A stretch of DNA of 63,337 bases, counting the filler, from Stramenopiles sp. TOSAG23-6 (lineage: Eukaryota): the NCBI GenBank assembly GCA_900128565.1. It is 13 parts of 13 records of this genome, joined end to end, with 100 filler letters (N's around TTAATTAATTAA, not from the genome) between each part and the next. Parts side by side here need not be neighbours in the genome. Positions count along the whole stretch, not along the records: positions 6,572 to 13,040 come from LT636691.1; positions 13,141 to 19,606 come from LT636692.1; positions 19,707 to 26,169 come from LT636693.1; 10 more parts are not named here. One strand, 5' to 3'. Shown in pieces: positions 10,587-23,145 of the stretch; the stretch's first letter is position 1, and every line of letters begins with the position of its first letter. The position numbers were made by a program, and so were the translations under genes. The notes under the pieces are model-generated. The model was given only the letters and a program-made list of their open reading frames with translations. It did no database searches and had not been told where the DNA came from.

Positions 10587-12300
10587 ATGTGGGCTGCATT
10601 TGCTTGCCCTAAAGAAGCTGACCCGTCTTCACGCTTTCGTAAGTGCCGTAATAAAAAGCATTCTCGAATAGAGCGAAAGCGAACAGCACAACAAATAGCT
10701 ATGGAGCATCAAGTATTAACTGAACAAAACGCCATTATTCAAGAAATTGGTCGCGATACTCGAGCAAATTGGGATTATAGACACGCTGGTGATGCTGGAA
10801 TTAGAGGAAAGAAAACGAAAATACGTTTTCGTGCCTGGGGTGAGTTTGAAGCTGCCACTAAAAGATTGCAACGCGCCAACTCTAGTCTTGGCAAGGATTT
10901 CACTGGCCCCGACCCTGGGACATATCATATCCAACAATTCCCTGGTCCACATCCTTGTTCAAATGTAAAGTTTCAAAAATATCCAGGTATCTGTAAGGAA
11001 CGTCGAATGTGTAGTTTAAATTCAGAAATTGGTCAAAAAAGCAAACAGCTTTTGTATACCTATGGTGGTACCGTACAAGATTTTACTCCAGGACCAAATC
11101 AAGCTCCTAAAAAATCATCGATAGGTCATCAAGTCCTATCTACATATAAAAATGCGCCAAGGATATGCTGTCGAGGAAAACCTAAAACTGAAAAATCAAG
11201 TGCCGAATATAGTGAAAGTAATTTCAAATGTTCTCCTTCATCATTATTTGGTCAGCAACTTTTATCAGACTTTCCATCCGCTGGAAGATATACATTTGGG
11301 ATGTTACGTGGAAATGGGGCTTTAGATGTTCGGTCTGATATGTTACAGGTTCCACATACATATGCAAAACATATGACGGATGAAAATGTGAAAAATAGAG
11401 TCGTAGATAAATTGTACGATCCGGATGAACATGTACGTTTTTCATCAACCCTAACCCTAATCAAACCTAACTCTACTTTCAAATTTTAATTTTTTTTTTT
11501 TTGCGAAATTGTGTCATGAATTTCANNNNNNNNNNNNNNNNNNNNNNNNNNNNNNNNNNNNAAATGTATTGTTCAAATGTATTGTTCAAATTTGCTTTCA
11601 TTCGTAATAAAAAAAAACATTTCAATTATTTTCAATAATACTCACAAATTCCAAATTGTATTCATATTTTTTCACAATTCATGGAATAGGCGGTCACGTA
11701 TGTTTTTCTATTTTTTACCAATTTCGAATTTTTTTTTTTATACGGAATGTTGTACCTAACGTTTTTTTTTTTTGAAAAAAATATTTTTTCACTGCACATG
11801 CTTTTTCCATGTCAAAAGAAACAAGACATATGAATAAAGTTATTAATCCAAGATATATTGACGATGCAGCTGTTGGATCGTATAACCTCAGTATTTCTAT
11901 GGGGTATGTTTTCAACTTTTCATTTCAATTTTTTACCTACATTTATTTTTTCATAGGAAATTTTAATACCAAACGTCTTTTTTTCTTTTTTTGTAATATT
12001 TTTTTACATTACGAAAGCCAGGCAGAGAGTCACAAGGCAAATGCTCCTCAATACTCATTATCAAAACAAAAACGTCCGATGAATAATAGTAAAGCAAATA
12101 TGACATCTGGTCCTGGACCTTTAAAATATTCTCCAAATTACAAATCGGTATTGCCAAACAAAAGAATACCAAAATTAGCTTCTAGACCACATAGGCCACC
12201 AATTGGTCACAAGAATTTGTATGAAATGAAACAATACAAATCTAGAAGTGTATCTGATATTCATTTTCTTCAGAATAGATTAACAGGGTATATAAAGTGA
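10587..12300 (+). CDS. SHIPPO-repeat (ODF3-like) flagellar protein, multi-exon, spans a scaffold gap
   Basis: PGP/PGxY repeats and GxQxxS motifs; donor at 11433, 15-nt microexon 11683-11697, introns 11698-11799 and 11904-12014. Confidence 0.6.
11698..11799 (+). other. Intron, GT-AT, 102 nt
   Basis: ggt cac|GTATGTTTTT...TCACTGCACAT|gct ttt tcc atg in frame. Confidence 0.75.
11904..12014 (+). other. Intron, probably GT-GA, 111 nt (an in-frame AG 3 nt downstream is possible)
   Basis: atg gg|GTATGTTTTCA...TACATTACGA|a agc cag gives SMGSQAES, matching the protein's GxQxxS repeat. Confidence 0.5.
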
Positions 12301-12433
12301 TATAAAGTAGTTGTTTGAAAAGGTATGCATTTCTAAGTTTTGAAAAAATAATTTATTTTGTAAAACTTTCAATTTTTTAACGTATGTAAAAATAAGAATC
12401 ATTTTGAAATGTTTGACATTGTTCTTTTTATTT

Positions 12434-13040
12434 TTAAAACTTAATCAACTTACACGTGCCATCCGCTCCACAAGAGTACAACCCTTCAATAGAAAAGTAA
12501 ATATCCGACACACCTGCTTGCCGTAGCATACCAGTTCCAGCAGTAGTATTGTATAACTCAGTTCGCGTTCCATGAATTTTTTCGAGACTTGATTGTAAGA
12601 TGAGAGATTTCATTTGTACATGACTTTTTTTCTCTCGGTTTGACTTTCCGTTTTGATTTCCAATAGACCAAAGTTTAATTGTACCGTCTGATGAAGCTGA
12701 TGCAAAAGTATTGTTTAAAGGATCTGATGCAAGCACAGTGATAGAATGTGAATGTGTATTTGGAGTGACACTGAGAAGTTTTCTTTGACGAAGATCAAAT
12801 AATGCAATATCACCCTTATCCCCACCTGAAACTAAAATATTTTGATTAGGCAAATGTAATATTGACTTTGCACCTCCAGCATGAGCTGCAACTCCTGCCA
12901 AGCCAACACACTCAGCTATTAAACATTCCCTAGGAGGCAGTAATGTATCCCACATACAAACAGTTGAACGATATTTTCCATGTCCAGCAGTAGCAATAAT
13001 AGAACCTCTTCCATTCATAAAACACATGTCTTGTGAAAAA
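12434..13040 (-). CDS. WD40 repeat C-terminus, DMXL/Rav1 (rabconnectin-3 alpha)-like, 5' partial
   Basis: VCMWDTLLPP, LVSGGDKGDIALFDLRQRK, SASSDGTIKLW and LYSCGADG motifs. Confidence 0.75.
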
Positions 13041-13253
13041 NNNNNNNNNNNNNNNNNNNNNNNNNNNNNNNNNNNNNNNNNNNNTTAATTAATTAANNNN
13101 NNNNNNNNNNNNNNNNNNNNNNNNNNNNNNNNNNNNNNNNGAAAGAATTCAAAAAATGTAACAATAAAAAATCTAAATCCTCATATATAGATAATTCGGA
13201 AGTGAATCTTCATTGAAGTTTCTGTATTCCCTGAGTAATTTATACTCAGTACA

Positions 13254-16247
13254 ATGAGCTCATGGACAATTTTGAAAAATATTCTATGTATAGTAGCACT
13301 AAATATATCATTAACGAAAGCGACACCGTTTCGTTTTACTCGTCGCGTGTCAACATTAAAACCCGACCCAGAAGTTCAAAAGAATACAACTGAACAACAA
13401 GCTATATTCGATCCTAGCGTACATAGATGCCCTTTATCAAATAATTTAGAATCTCCATCTCCTCAAAAACTAAAGCTTTGTACTGAATATAAATTATCAT
13501 CGTGTTGTTCAGTGGAAGAAGATAAATTTTTAGAGGATCTTTTAGCTAATCCCTATAGCAAATTATATGACGGTTGTTCTGCATGTCTTGAAAACTTTCG
13601 ACGGACAATATGTGCTATACGATGCAATCCTCTACAGAAAATCTATGTAAAGGATGTTCCCAATGAGCAAGTTAAAAAGATACAACTTTCCAAGAAAATG
13701 TGTGATTCTTTACACGGTAGTTGCAAAACGACAGAACTTGGCGCTAAATACCTAAGTGCAGCATCTTTTTGCCCACCTCAATTTGACTCATTTGCAAAAG
13801 TTCAAGTCAATTTTTTAAAGGATGAAACAGACGATCCCGCATCATCTCTAAATGTCGATATGTATACGGGCACGTGTAATATTTCCACAGAACGCCGTTC
13901 TTCATATTTTGGTGGTGCTTTCTCTGATTTAGATTATATTCAAAAAGCAACCATTATTTTAGTTTTGGTTCTTTTAATTGTCTTTTGTTTTATATTGATT
14001 GTGTATGCACAACGCAGAAACAACCAAGGATATCATTGGAGCGATGTGTTCCTCCGAAAACCAGGAGTTTTGAGTAATGAAGATAATGATGGTTGTGGTT
14101 ATAATTACATTGAAGATTTGGATACTTGGTTTCTTTTAAGTGGATGTGAATCAACGTCTGAACACGAAATCAATGGAAAAGATTTAGGTAATGGGTTCTA
14201 CTGTATACTACCATCATCTCATCCTCTTTCAGTTGCTAATGCATACGAGAGGCATATTTACACAAGAGTAGATCCATCAGCAAACATATACAATACAGAA
14301 GGCCCGACAAATATTTGGTGTTTATGCATGTTTGTTTTCATCACGAATCTTTACCTAAATTATTTTTGTCCCTATTCCAAAAGGTTTCATGTCTAACAAT
14401 TTCAAAACGTAAAAAATATTTTTTCACAATATATGAATCGACGTCAATATCAATTCCCACCAATGAGACCCTATAAAGGTTGCTCAATAGTGAAGTTAAA
14501 AATATCTAAATTAACAAATATGAAACCAAATGAACGCATTTTTATTGAACTTCACGCAGATGAGAAAAGTAACCATGCTAAAACAATAGAAAATTCTGTT
14601 GAAAATTTTGGAGCCTCTCTTTTAAATGATGATAAATCATCCAAAAAAAATGAACTAAAATGGATGTCAAATTTTGCGACAGTATCGGAAGATGGGAATG
14701 TAACCTTTGATGATGATTTTGTATTCGAAGTAAGTCATGTAGAGGAGCTTGTTTTGACAATGTGTGTTCGCCGCTGGACTGACGAAAGTGATGAGAAGAA
14801 AGGAAGTCAGAAATATTTAGACAAAGAACTTATCGGTATGACAAAACCAACAAATTTTATCTCTGAAGATGGAACACCTAAGTATTATCACAAAGAAGAT
14901 ATCTTTGCACATTGGGAAACTCACGAGGAAGTTAAAATGAAACCTGAGAAAGAACGAAAGTTAATTTCATTTCAAGTAACTACTGCGTTCACTGGGAAAA
15001 CTATTGAAAATGGTCCAAATGCTGGAAAGGAATATCATAAAATAATCGATCATAATTCGTCTAGAGTGATGTATGCTTTACCAGAGACAAATATTTATAG
15101 TTCTAAAAAATGGCAATGGCTGAGGACTGATATTACGAGTGGCCGTTTACCAATTGTCACAATGCTAAAGAAGTTTTGTACAGTTATTGTGAATGTTTAC
15201 GATGATAGTTCTCGTAAAATAACCAAACTACGCGCACATTTAATGTTACACATTCGAATCCAAGAAAAGAGTAAACATCGAATAGTTCCCAGCTTGAAAT
15301 ATGAATACGAAAGTACCAGAGTAAACAGAGATAGTTCACAGTCAAGTGTTTCCAATGAGTTTTCATCTGAAGATGACTTGGACGAGGACAGAACATGCAT
15401 TTCTTTGACGCTTGACCAAAATAATGATTCTAGATATAAAGGTAAGGAGGGACGTCGCATATTATCAGAGTATTTTCGTATTGAAAATGCAGATAAAACT
15501 AATTTGCAAGGAACGGAATGTACTTTTCAAATTCATTTCTGCAAAGAAGGACCACCAAGAGCATTTAATATATGTATAGAGGAACCCCAGGCTGATAATG
15601 ATCGCAAAGCACAAGCTAATAATCATGAAATAATTATTTTCGATGAAGTTCCACTCGACGATGTCACATTGCCAACGACAACACAAGACAAATCGATAAC
15701 TAATATTGTAATCGATCCATATGGCAAGTACGATAAAGATAAAACAACGTATTTTACTGGCACTGACATTATAGAGTCAACAGACTTGAGTAACTTTACT
15801 GTCATTTCACCGGCAAAGGACTTCGGTGTAGGTATGGTTGGACATATGAATATACACACAGAAGATTTGTCACAGCCATTATTGCCTAGAAATCAAACAA
15901 CTGAAAAATTGCCTAACCAAAATGGAAGGATTGAAAATGTGGATATGGGAGAGTTCGGCATGAATACTCACACAGAAAACCCCACAACAACTACAAAAAA
16001 AACATTCAAATTTGCCCCTGCACCAACGTGTATGGATCCATCTTCATCACTATTAAAGTCTCAACAAGAAAATAAGATAAATGGTGAACTTGGTATGAAA
16101 TCCAATGAAAATAAGATAAATGATGAACTTGGTATGAAATCCAATGAAATATCACCAGTGAATTCTCCAGTTTTTTCAAATGAATCACCGCCTGGATCCC
16201 CACCTCGTATTAAAATTATAAATAATCAAAAGACTTTGACATTGTAG
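13254..16247 (+). CDS. Single-pass membrane protein: signal peptide, folate-receptor/NPC1-N-like Cys-rich domain, TM helix, C2-like cytosolic region
   Basis: LCTEYKLSSCCS...CSACLENFRRTICAIRCNPLQ...MCDSLHGSC; TM IILVLVLLIVFCFILIVY; exons joined by intron 14330-14434. Confidence 0.65.
14330..14434 (+). other. Intron, GT-AT, 105 nt
   Basis: tgc at|GTTTGTTTTCA...CACAATATAT|g aat cga joins two long ORFs; no AG near the acceptor. Confidence 0.8.
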
Positions 16248-16368
16248 ACATTGTAGACATTGACGACAAAAGATTGGATTATGAAATGTTTGTAGTATAT
16301 TATTATTTATTAGGTAATACGTTTAAATTATAAAATGTAGATTAATTACGACAATCAATTTAACTGAA

Positions 16369-18515
16369 CTACACCACTGCGGCGCTTTGTTTTTCTCTTT
16401 TTGGTTTCTTCTTTCTTTTCCTCCGTCTCACTCTTTTCTTCTTCTTTTCTGGTTCTTCATCATTATTTGTCAATATTTCATCATTATTTGTCAATATTTC
16501 ATCATTATTTGTCAACTTTCCATCCGTTTGTACGACATTTCCCTCACGTATTGCTGATGACGTCTGTGCATCGGCTAAAGGGTTAATCAACATGACTCGT
16601 GTTTTAAACTGTGTTTTAGCAGTATAAAATTTTGTAATCATTTTCTGTGAAATATTCATGATATTATTCAAAATAGGTATACTTATAATTCTATTCCAAA
16701 ATGGATGTCTCATATTACTAAAGGTAGCAGTGACAGTTGATGTGACAGTTTTGTGACCAGATGCAATTTCATACGCCTTCATCGTTCTCGCTACCGACAC
16801 ATTTTTCTTGTATTTTTCATTTCGTGAAATAGGATTTTCGTATAAAACATTGTTAATATTAAGAATTTCATTCTCGATTGGAAGTTTTCCAATTTTTTGA
16901 ATTACAGCGACATCAAAAGCTCGTCGCCACTCAAAAAAACCAACTGGTCCAGATTTGGTAAATTTATTACGATCGATCGTATACATCATATGCCTTGGAT
17001 AGTCATGCTTTGGAATAGGCAAGTCAGAACTATCTGAATTTTTTTCATCTTTTTTATAATTTTCTACTTCCTCAATACTTTTAGTCGCTTCTGCATTAAA
17101 TACAGCAATTTCCTTTTTGAGTACTTTTGGAGATTTTACTACGAGTAAGCCAGAATTAACACAGAAATCTAAAAAGTTATAAATTTTACTCCCAGAANTT
17201 TTTGAATATTTTTGGGAATTTTCTATACTACAAGTGTCAAGGCTTTTACGCAACGAAATTTTATCAACACCAAAAAACATGTATTTCGTGTTTCCTTGGT
17301 TTAGTTCTTTTACTGAATTTTCAGCCTCTTCTAACTTTTCATATATATTAAGAAGCATTGAGGACCAGAATAAACCACCTTCTTTACCCATGGGGAGATT
17401 GGCTGCTTTCATACGTAGAATGTATTGTGAAAAATATATATTTTTTTTTGTTAGGTATGAAATTTACTATGAAAAAAAATAAATTCGAAGGTAAAAAATT
17501 CAATTTTGAAAACGTACAATAACATTTCTTGTTGCTCATACTCACTCAAAGAATGAGATACTTTTGAGTGAGTTAAAGCAGTTGCTTGCGGACGTACATA
17601 ATAATTTCTGGAGTCTTTCACACGTTTAGATTGAATCAATTTTTGTAAATCATATCTATGAAGAAGAGTCTCGACATGTATATCATCGTAACCCGGTTCA
17701 CCTCTGTTTATAGTATTTACGACTGATTGCAAAGTGGAAACCTTCTGAAATTTCGAAATACCACCCTTACCTGTAATATCATCTGCGATTCCTAACATAT
17801 ACAATGCTTTCAGAATGGGAGCTGATTCCTTCTTCTTGACAGGTAAAGAAAGCACCAACTCATCTACATCAAGTACAACATCAGCAAATTGTCGTAAAAT
17901 TCCACTGAGGGCCTTGGGTTGAGATACAACGATTGTGTTTTTATTAAGTTCTCGAAGTTTACTTAATAATGGCGAGAAATCACTATCGCCACTAGCGAAC
18001 AAAAATGTATCCACATGATCAACAGTCATTGCAGTGTGTAAAGCATCGACACACATTTTAATATCTGCGTTATTTTTATGTGCTGTACCGTGACAAGGAC
18101 AATCCAAAATGTCAATTCCTTCCCACGCCATCTTTTTGCGAAGACTTTCGTATCGAGATGAATCACCATACGCTTTTTTAACATGAACACGTCCCCATCT
18201 ATTACTCTCCTCCATAATTGCACTAAGTCGTTCTTCATTTGTTACGACGTAGTCAGAACCTCTTCTCCCAGATTGACTTTCGGAGAGAATATTATCCAAA
18301 TCTAGAAAAAGTGCAACGCCTCCCCCTGTACCAGCAGTGGTTGGTACTAAATCTAAATCTTTACCCTTTGTGCCCCAACCTACAACCTTATTTTTCATAC
18401 CGACTACACCACCATAATGACGATTATACGTTGAAGGCATAGACTTGTTTGAAAGTACAATTCGACGAGTAGCGTCAACACGACTCAATCTGTAAAGACG
18501 CATGCCACAAAGCAT
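16369..18515 (-). CDS. NYN (LabA/DUF88, PIN-like) domain protein with a possible mitochondrial presequence, 2 exons
   Basis: VALFLDLDN, KKAYGD, KNNADIKMCVDAL and LFASGDSDFSPLLSKLRE motifs; Arg-rich N-terminus. Confidence 0.85.
17420..17517 (-). other. Intron, GT-AT, 98 nt
   Basis: tta tt|GTACGTTTTCA...CACAATACAT|t cta cgt atg joins the 354- and 347-aa ORFs. Confidence 0.8.
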
Positions 18516-19037
18516 CTTTTTCTATGAAGTGTCCTTAACTTTTATACTCAGCTTTACCGAGTATGTGGTGTAAATAAGTTATACACAAATTATACGAAAC
18601 AAACTTCGAGTGAGAGTGTTGTAGACACTAGATATAGTCTCTATTGTAAAAACCAAATCGTTGAAGTAGTTTGGTACTACTAGTTACAACAGCCGCTTTT
18701 TTTCTATTTTTTTACGCTGAAACACAAGTGATAGTGACACGTGGCATTTTTAGTAGTCGGACAGGTTTGCGCGCAGAAAAAGTGCTTAAAAAAAAACAAA
18801 AAATTAAATTCATTTGTATTTGTATATCTCACCATAAAAATAGACAACATTATTAATATTCAAAAAATATTCAAGTATTTAATCCATTTTTTTCTACTTT
18901 TTTATTTTTTTTTATTTTTTAGAATATTTTTTCTAATAAAAATATTGAAATATTGAAATATTCAATCATTTTTTTCGACTTTTTTCTTCTTATTATTATT
19001 AGGTACTAAAATGGTAAAAAAAAAATTCAAATACATT

Positions 19038-19537
19038 TTAATCCATTTTTTTTCGATTTTTCTTCTTATTATTAAAAGTTCTCCTTAAATTTTTCTTCCT
19101 ATTATGTTTTGGTGAATACCTCTTTGACTTTGATATAAGTTTTGGATCAAGACAGGTTGTATTTTGGAAAATATTTCAAAAAAAAAATCGTTAGGTACAA
19201 AATTTACTATGAAAAAAAATAAATTCAAAATTGAAAAAAAAATAAACATACTTCCTGTTGTCGCAACAACGAGAGGATTTGTATTTGGCAAAAATCGGTT
19301 TGGTGGGATATCTGACTCATCATCAGCTTTTCCACTGGATATTTGACCATATACTCTCATATTTTCTATAATCGAATGCGACAAAAACAACGATACCAAA
19401 AAGCAAAATAATGGGAACATTTTCATTGATGGGTGTAAAGTAATCGGACGAATACTTGAAGGATCATTATATGTATATACAATGAGATATTCTAGTGCAA
19501 CTAGACCATGGACGACCCAATCCCACCGAAGCCAATC
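19038..19537 (-). CDS. Membrane protein fragment, 5' partial, 2 exons
   Basis: Hydrophobic segments; acceptor AATACAT at 19538. Confidence 0.5.
19157..19251 (-). other. Intron, GT-AA, 95 nt
   Basis: gga a|GTATGTTTA...TCCAAAATACAA|cc tgt; end placed by motif spacing and the frame stays open. Confidence 0.6.
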
Positions 19538-19706
19538 ATGTATTTTAAAACAATATTTCAAAAAAAATCTAAAAAAAATTGTTAGGTACAAAATTTACTA
19601 TAAAAANNNNNNNNNNNNNNNNNNNNNNNNNNNNNNNNNNNNNNNNNNNNTTAATTAATTAANNNNNNNNNNNNNNNNNNNNNNNNNNNNNNNNNNNNNN
19701 NNNNNN

Positions 19707-19970
19707 CAAGGTGAAGTTGCCAAGAATTTAACTCTCAAGTGTGGGGCTAAATTATATGGTACCTTGAGTGATCCTCATACTGCTCATCAGCTCAAAGAAT
19801 TTGGTCAGGCTGTAAACCAAATTACTTTTATTGATTGCAACGAAAAACCTCAGGAGTGTCAGGCGGCTGGTATTATGCAAATTCCAACGTGGTCAATTAA
19901 AGGCCGTCTTGTTGTTGGTAGCAGAAAATTGGAAGATTTAGATTCTGAAGCAAAGAAAATTTTGAATTAA
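19707..19970 (+). CDS. Thioredoxin-fold domain resembling VKOR-associated Trx, 5' partial
   Basis: AKLYG...HQLKEFG...ITFIDC...CQAAGIMQIPTWSIKG...G.RKLEDL pattern. Confidence 0.6.
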   Translation, partial: QGEVAKNLTLKCGAKLYGTLSDPHTAHQLKEFGQAVNQITFIDCNEKPQECQAAGIMQIPTWSIKGRLVVGSRKLEDLDSEAKKILN

Positions 19971-20357
19971 ACTTTTCTACCTTTCAAATTCATTAGGTAC
20001 AAAATTTCGTATGAAAAAATAAAGAGTCCAGAGCAAAAACAGTCTAGATTCTGTAGAATAAATAAAGTTTGTTTTTGAAATCTAGTTTTTATTTGATGAC
20101 TGGTTTTAAAAAAACCTTTACAGGCATTAATATGAATACGTACTGTACCTAGTATTATACAACAATCTTACAAGTCACATTTGATTTTTTTTTTTTCAAT
20201 CTCGAATTTATTTTTCGTACGAAATTTTGTACCTAACGTGCTGAAAAATTATTATTTTTTTCAGAAAATAAAAGCATTCATATTTATTAATAAATAAAGG
20301 GAAGCTAAGGAATACTGAATTTTATTGATTTTTTTTAGGACCTACTACAAAGACCTA

Positions 20358-21884
20358 CTACATAGATTTGATTCTTCTTCTTGATACACTACACGTAGGT
20401 AGCACTTGTCTATTGAATAAAATATAATCTATGCGAGGTGCCAAATATTGGCGTATAATAAAAATAAGAATTCCCCAAACTACTAGGAGCATGACAGGGG
20501 CCAGCATGGCTTTCGAAGTTAAGGCAGCAAAAAGAAAACGTGGAACTGTATCAATTTTATGAAGCGTTGCTCCTACTATTTCAGTAAACATTTCCCCAGA
20601 TTGTGTCAATAAATAACAATCAGGGAAAACGCCTAGGACTGTACTTATCAAAAAGTATTTAAAATCAACACCTAAAAAGGCACAAGTTGCGTTAACCAAC
20701 CATTTTGGAATAAATGGCGGGAGACGAATTAAAGTAAGAGTCATCACTAACACACATGGCGTTTCGTTGTTGACATGTGTCTTTAAACGTTTTGTAACCC
20801 AATACTTTTCCACACTTTCTTTTATACTGTCCCCGCCAGCAGTTTGAGCTACCCAAAATGCACAACAAGAACCAAAAATTGCACCAGCGGAAGCTATTGT
20901 TGCCGCAAACGGTTGAGGAAATAAAATGCCCGCAGCGAGAGCAAGGACTGTCGCCCCGGGAATTATAAATGCTATAGTAGCTGAAAAGACTATAAAAAAT
21001 ATTATAGATGTAATATACACATTATTTGCTCCAAAACTTTTCAACATGTCGTGATTGGACTTTAAACTATGAAAAGTAATCATTCTAGCACTATTCCCTA
21101 ATATGCAACTGAAAAAGACAAATAACAATAATACTACAAGTGTAATTTGTAACCATTTAAACCTACTTCTGCTTTTGTTCATTGTTTTTGGTACAAGTAA
21201 ATCAGTCATGTTATTCATTTCATAACTGAGGGCGTCACAAGTTAGGCTTTCACCTTGATTGTTCCACGATGCTTTGATTGGTCTTTTTCGTTTTTCTAGA
21301 GGAATAGGTGGTGTTTCAGGATAGTTTCGGTCTCTACTAGGTATATTTTGAATTTCTCGAAGTTCACGCTGTCCCCGTCTTGGAGGTGAAAATCCAACTC
21401 GTAGACCATGGCGCTTATTTCGTGGAGTTGAAAGGCTATTTTCTATATTATCTATTTGTCCGTCATTTCGACCATCAACTGGATGAAGAGTACTCGATTC
21501 TAAATACGAATACGAATGCCTGTGAGGAAGCGATGACGATGGAGGCGTTCTACCGTTTAAATTATTAAAAACACCAGAGAGATGCTGAAGATTTCTGGCC
21601 CTATCATTCGATTCAGTACGTTGTCGTGGTCGCTTCACCGGGGTTGTCAATGTTATACTTCTAATGCGATTATGAATTGGAATGGATGTATTTTCATTTA
21701 TGTGATCCATACATGCGAAGCATGGCATATCTGATTTCCCTACGTATGAACCATCCTCAGCTAGAACGCGACAGGTATGTTTTGGAAGATCCTCTCCACT
21801 AATAGGAGAGTGCAGAAGAATCGACTCTGAGTTATCCGAATTATTTGGAGTGCGCTTACAGCGTAGCGGTGCATCTAAAGGCAT
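20358..21884 (-). CDS. SNARE-associated / VTT (TVP38/TMEM41/DedA) membrane protein with a long disordered N-terminus
   Basis: FIIPGATVLALAAGILF, LIRLPPFIPKWLVN and FLISTVLGVFP motifs. Confidence 0.85.
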   Translation of the reverse strand: MPLDAPLRCKRTPNNSDNSESILLHSPISGEDLPKHTCRVLAEDGSYVGKSDMPCFACMDHINENTSIPIHNRIRSITLTTPVKRPRQRTESNDRARNLQHLSGVFNNLNGRTPPSSSLPHRHSYSYLESSTLHPVDGRNDGQIDNIENSLSTPRNKRHGLRVGFSPPRRGQRELREIQNIPSRDRNYPETPPIPLEKRKRPIKASWNNQGESLTCDALSYEMNNMTDLLVPKTMNKSRSRFKWLQITLVVLLLFVFFSCILGNSARMITFHSLKSNHDMLKSFGANNVYITSIIFFIVFSATIAFIIPGATVLALAAGILFPQPFAATIASAGAIFGSCCAFWVAQTAGGDSIKESVEKYWVTKRLKTHVNNETPCVLVMTLTLIRLPPFIPKWLVNATCAFLGVDFKYFLISTVLGVFPDCYLLTQSGEMFTEIVGATLHKIDTVPRFLFAALTSKAMLAPVMLLVVWGILIFIIRQYLAPRIDYILFNRQVLPTCSVSRRRIKSM

Positions 21885-22258
21885 TACTATTAGGCTCTTA
21901 CTATTTATACATTCCCCAGCATAAATTTTTTCTATTGAATACAGCCTAAATGAATCTCAAAATGCTAGCTCTAGCTAGATCAAATTGCGTTATTTCACTC
22001 ATATATGGTGATGTGGATCTGATGGAGACGCGTTAGTGTGACAGTCAGTCAGTGTCCTCGTTTTCTTTAGGTAGTAATTTTTGTACCAATTCCTACGTAC
22101 GAAGTTTTTGTACCAACCAATCCAAATCCAAATAAATTCGAAATTGGAGAAAAAAATCGATTATTGTTGAATGCTTCATTATAAAAAGTCAAAGATACAC
22201 AAATTACTACACAGTACTGCAAATATACACTTTAAACATGAATGTTTATTGTTTCAAT

Positions 22259-22651
22259 TCAAGATGGCCAAATAGGTGCAAAAAAGTGACCTTCATTCTC
22301 ATCTCTTAATACCGATAGAGCTTCACGCCAAACATTTTGGCCTGATCTATATGCTATTTCAGCATTTACCAAATGTCGACTCTCAACTTCATAGTTGGAT
22401 TCTATTTCTTTCGATAGTTTTCGTTTTAGTTCAGGGTTATTGCAAGCGTGCTTGTCAAAACGATTATGTAGCTTCCCCTCGGACAATTTCGTAAAGTCAA
22501 CGATAATAAGTGGTTTTCCTGATGCTGTTTCTGATGCACTTTGTTTTTTTGTTTCCTTTGGCAAAGCATCACTTAGTATATTAGATTTTGATGCATCTTT
22601 AGTTGCCGTCCAGCCTCTAGTGGACCAGTCTTCATCACTCGATGAATCCAT
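22259..22651 (-). CDS. Hypothetical protein, 130 aa
   Basis: Intact ORF with protein-like composition. Confidence 0.55.
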   Translation of the reverse strand: MDSSSDEDWSTRGWTATKDASKSNILSDALPKETKKQSASETASGKPLIIVDFTKLSEGKLHNRFDKHACNNPELKRKLSKEIESNYEVESRHLVNAEIAYRSGQNVWREALSVLRDENEGHFFAPIWPS

Positions 22652-23145
22652 TCAGTGATTTTTAGGAAAGAAGTAGTCTCCGAGTGTGGTGTACTTCACA
22701 ATGTACAATTAAACGACGTAGAGTGTTTCGAGGAATATCTTTAGCCCCTCTTGCGCAAGTTTTGGACGTGAAGTACAAATGATACTAATACGGCAAGTAC
22801 TGTATTTACTTTTTTATATAGAATGTTTCTATTCACACAGCCGAGCGTGGAGCTCGCGTAGCCTTATAAAGTTTCGGTAACTACTAACTAACTACGAACA
22901 CCTGACTGATGATGATGAATAGCTTTCTCTCTCTGTCTGTTGTGACTTGTGATTCTATCAAAATTTCCTCAAAATTTGAATTTCCCAGTGGTCAAAATTT
23001 TTAAATTTCGTCAGGAGAGGAAGAACACAATCAAATTGACAAGGTTATTATATAGACGAGGTTTCTCTTGACTAATTGAGATTACGAGATCAACATCAGC
23101 AGCAAAAAGTAATCAAACAGGGATTTAAACACTAAGAATAATCCA

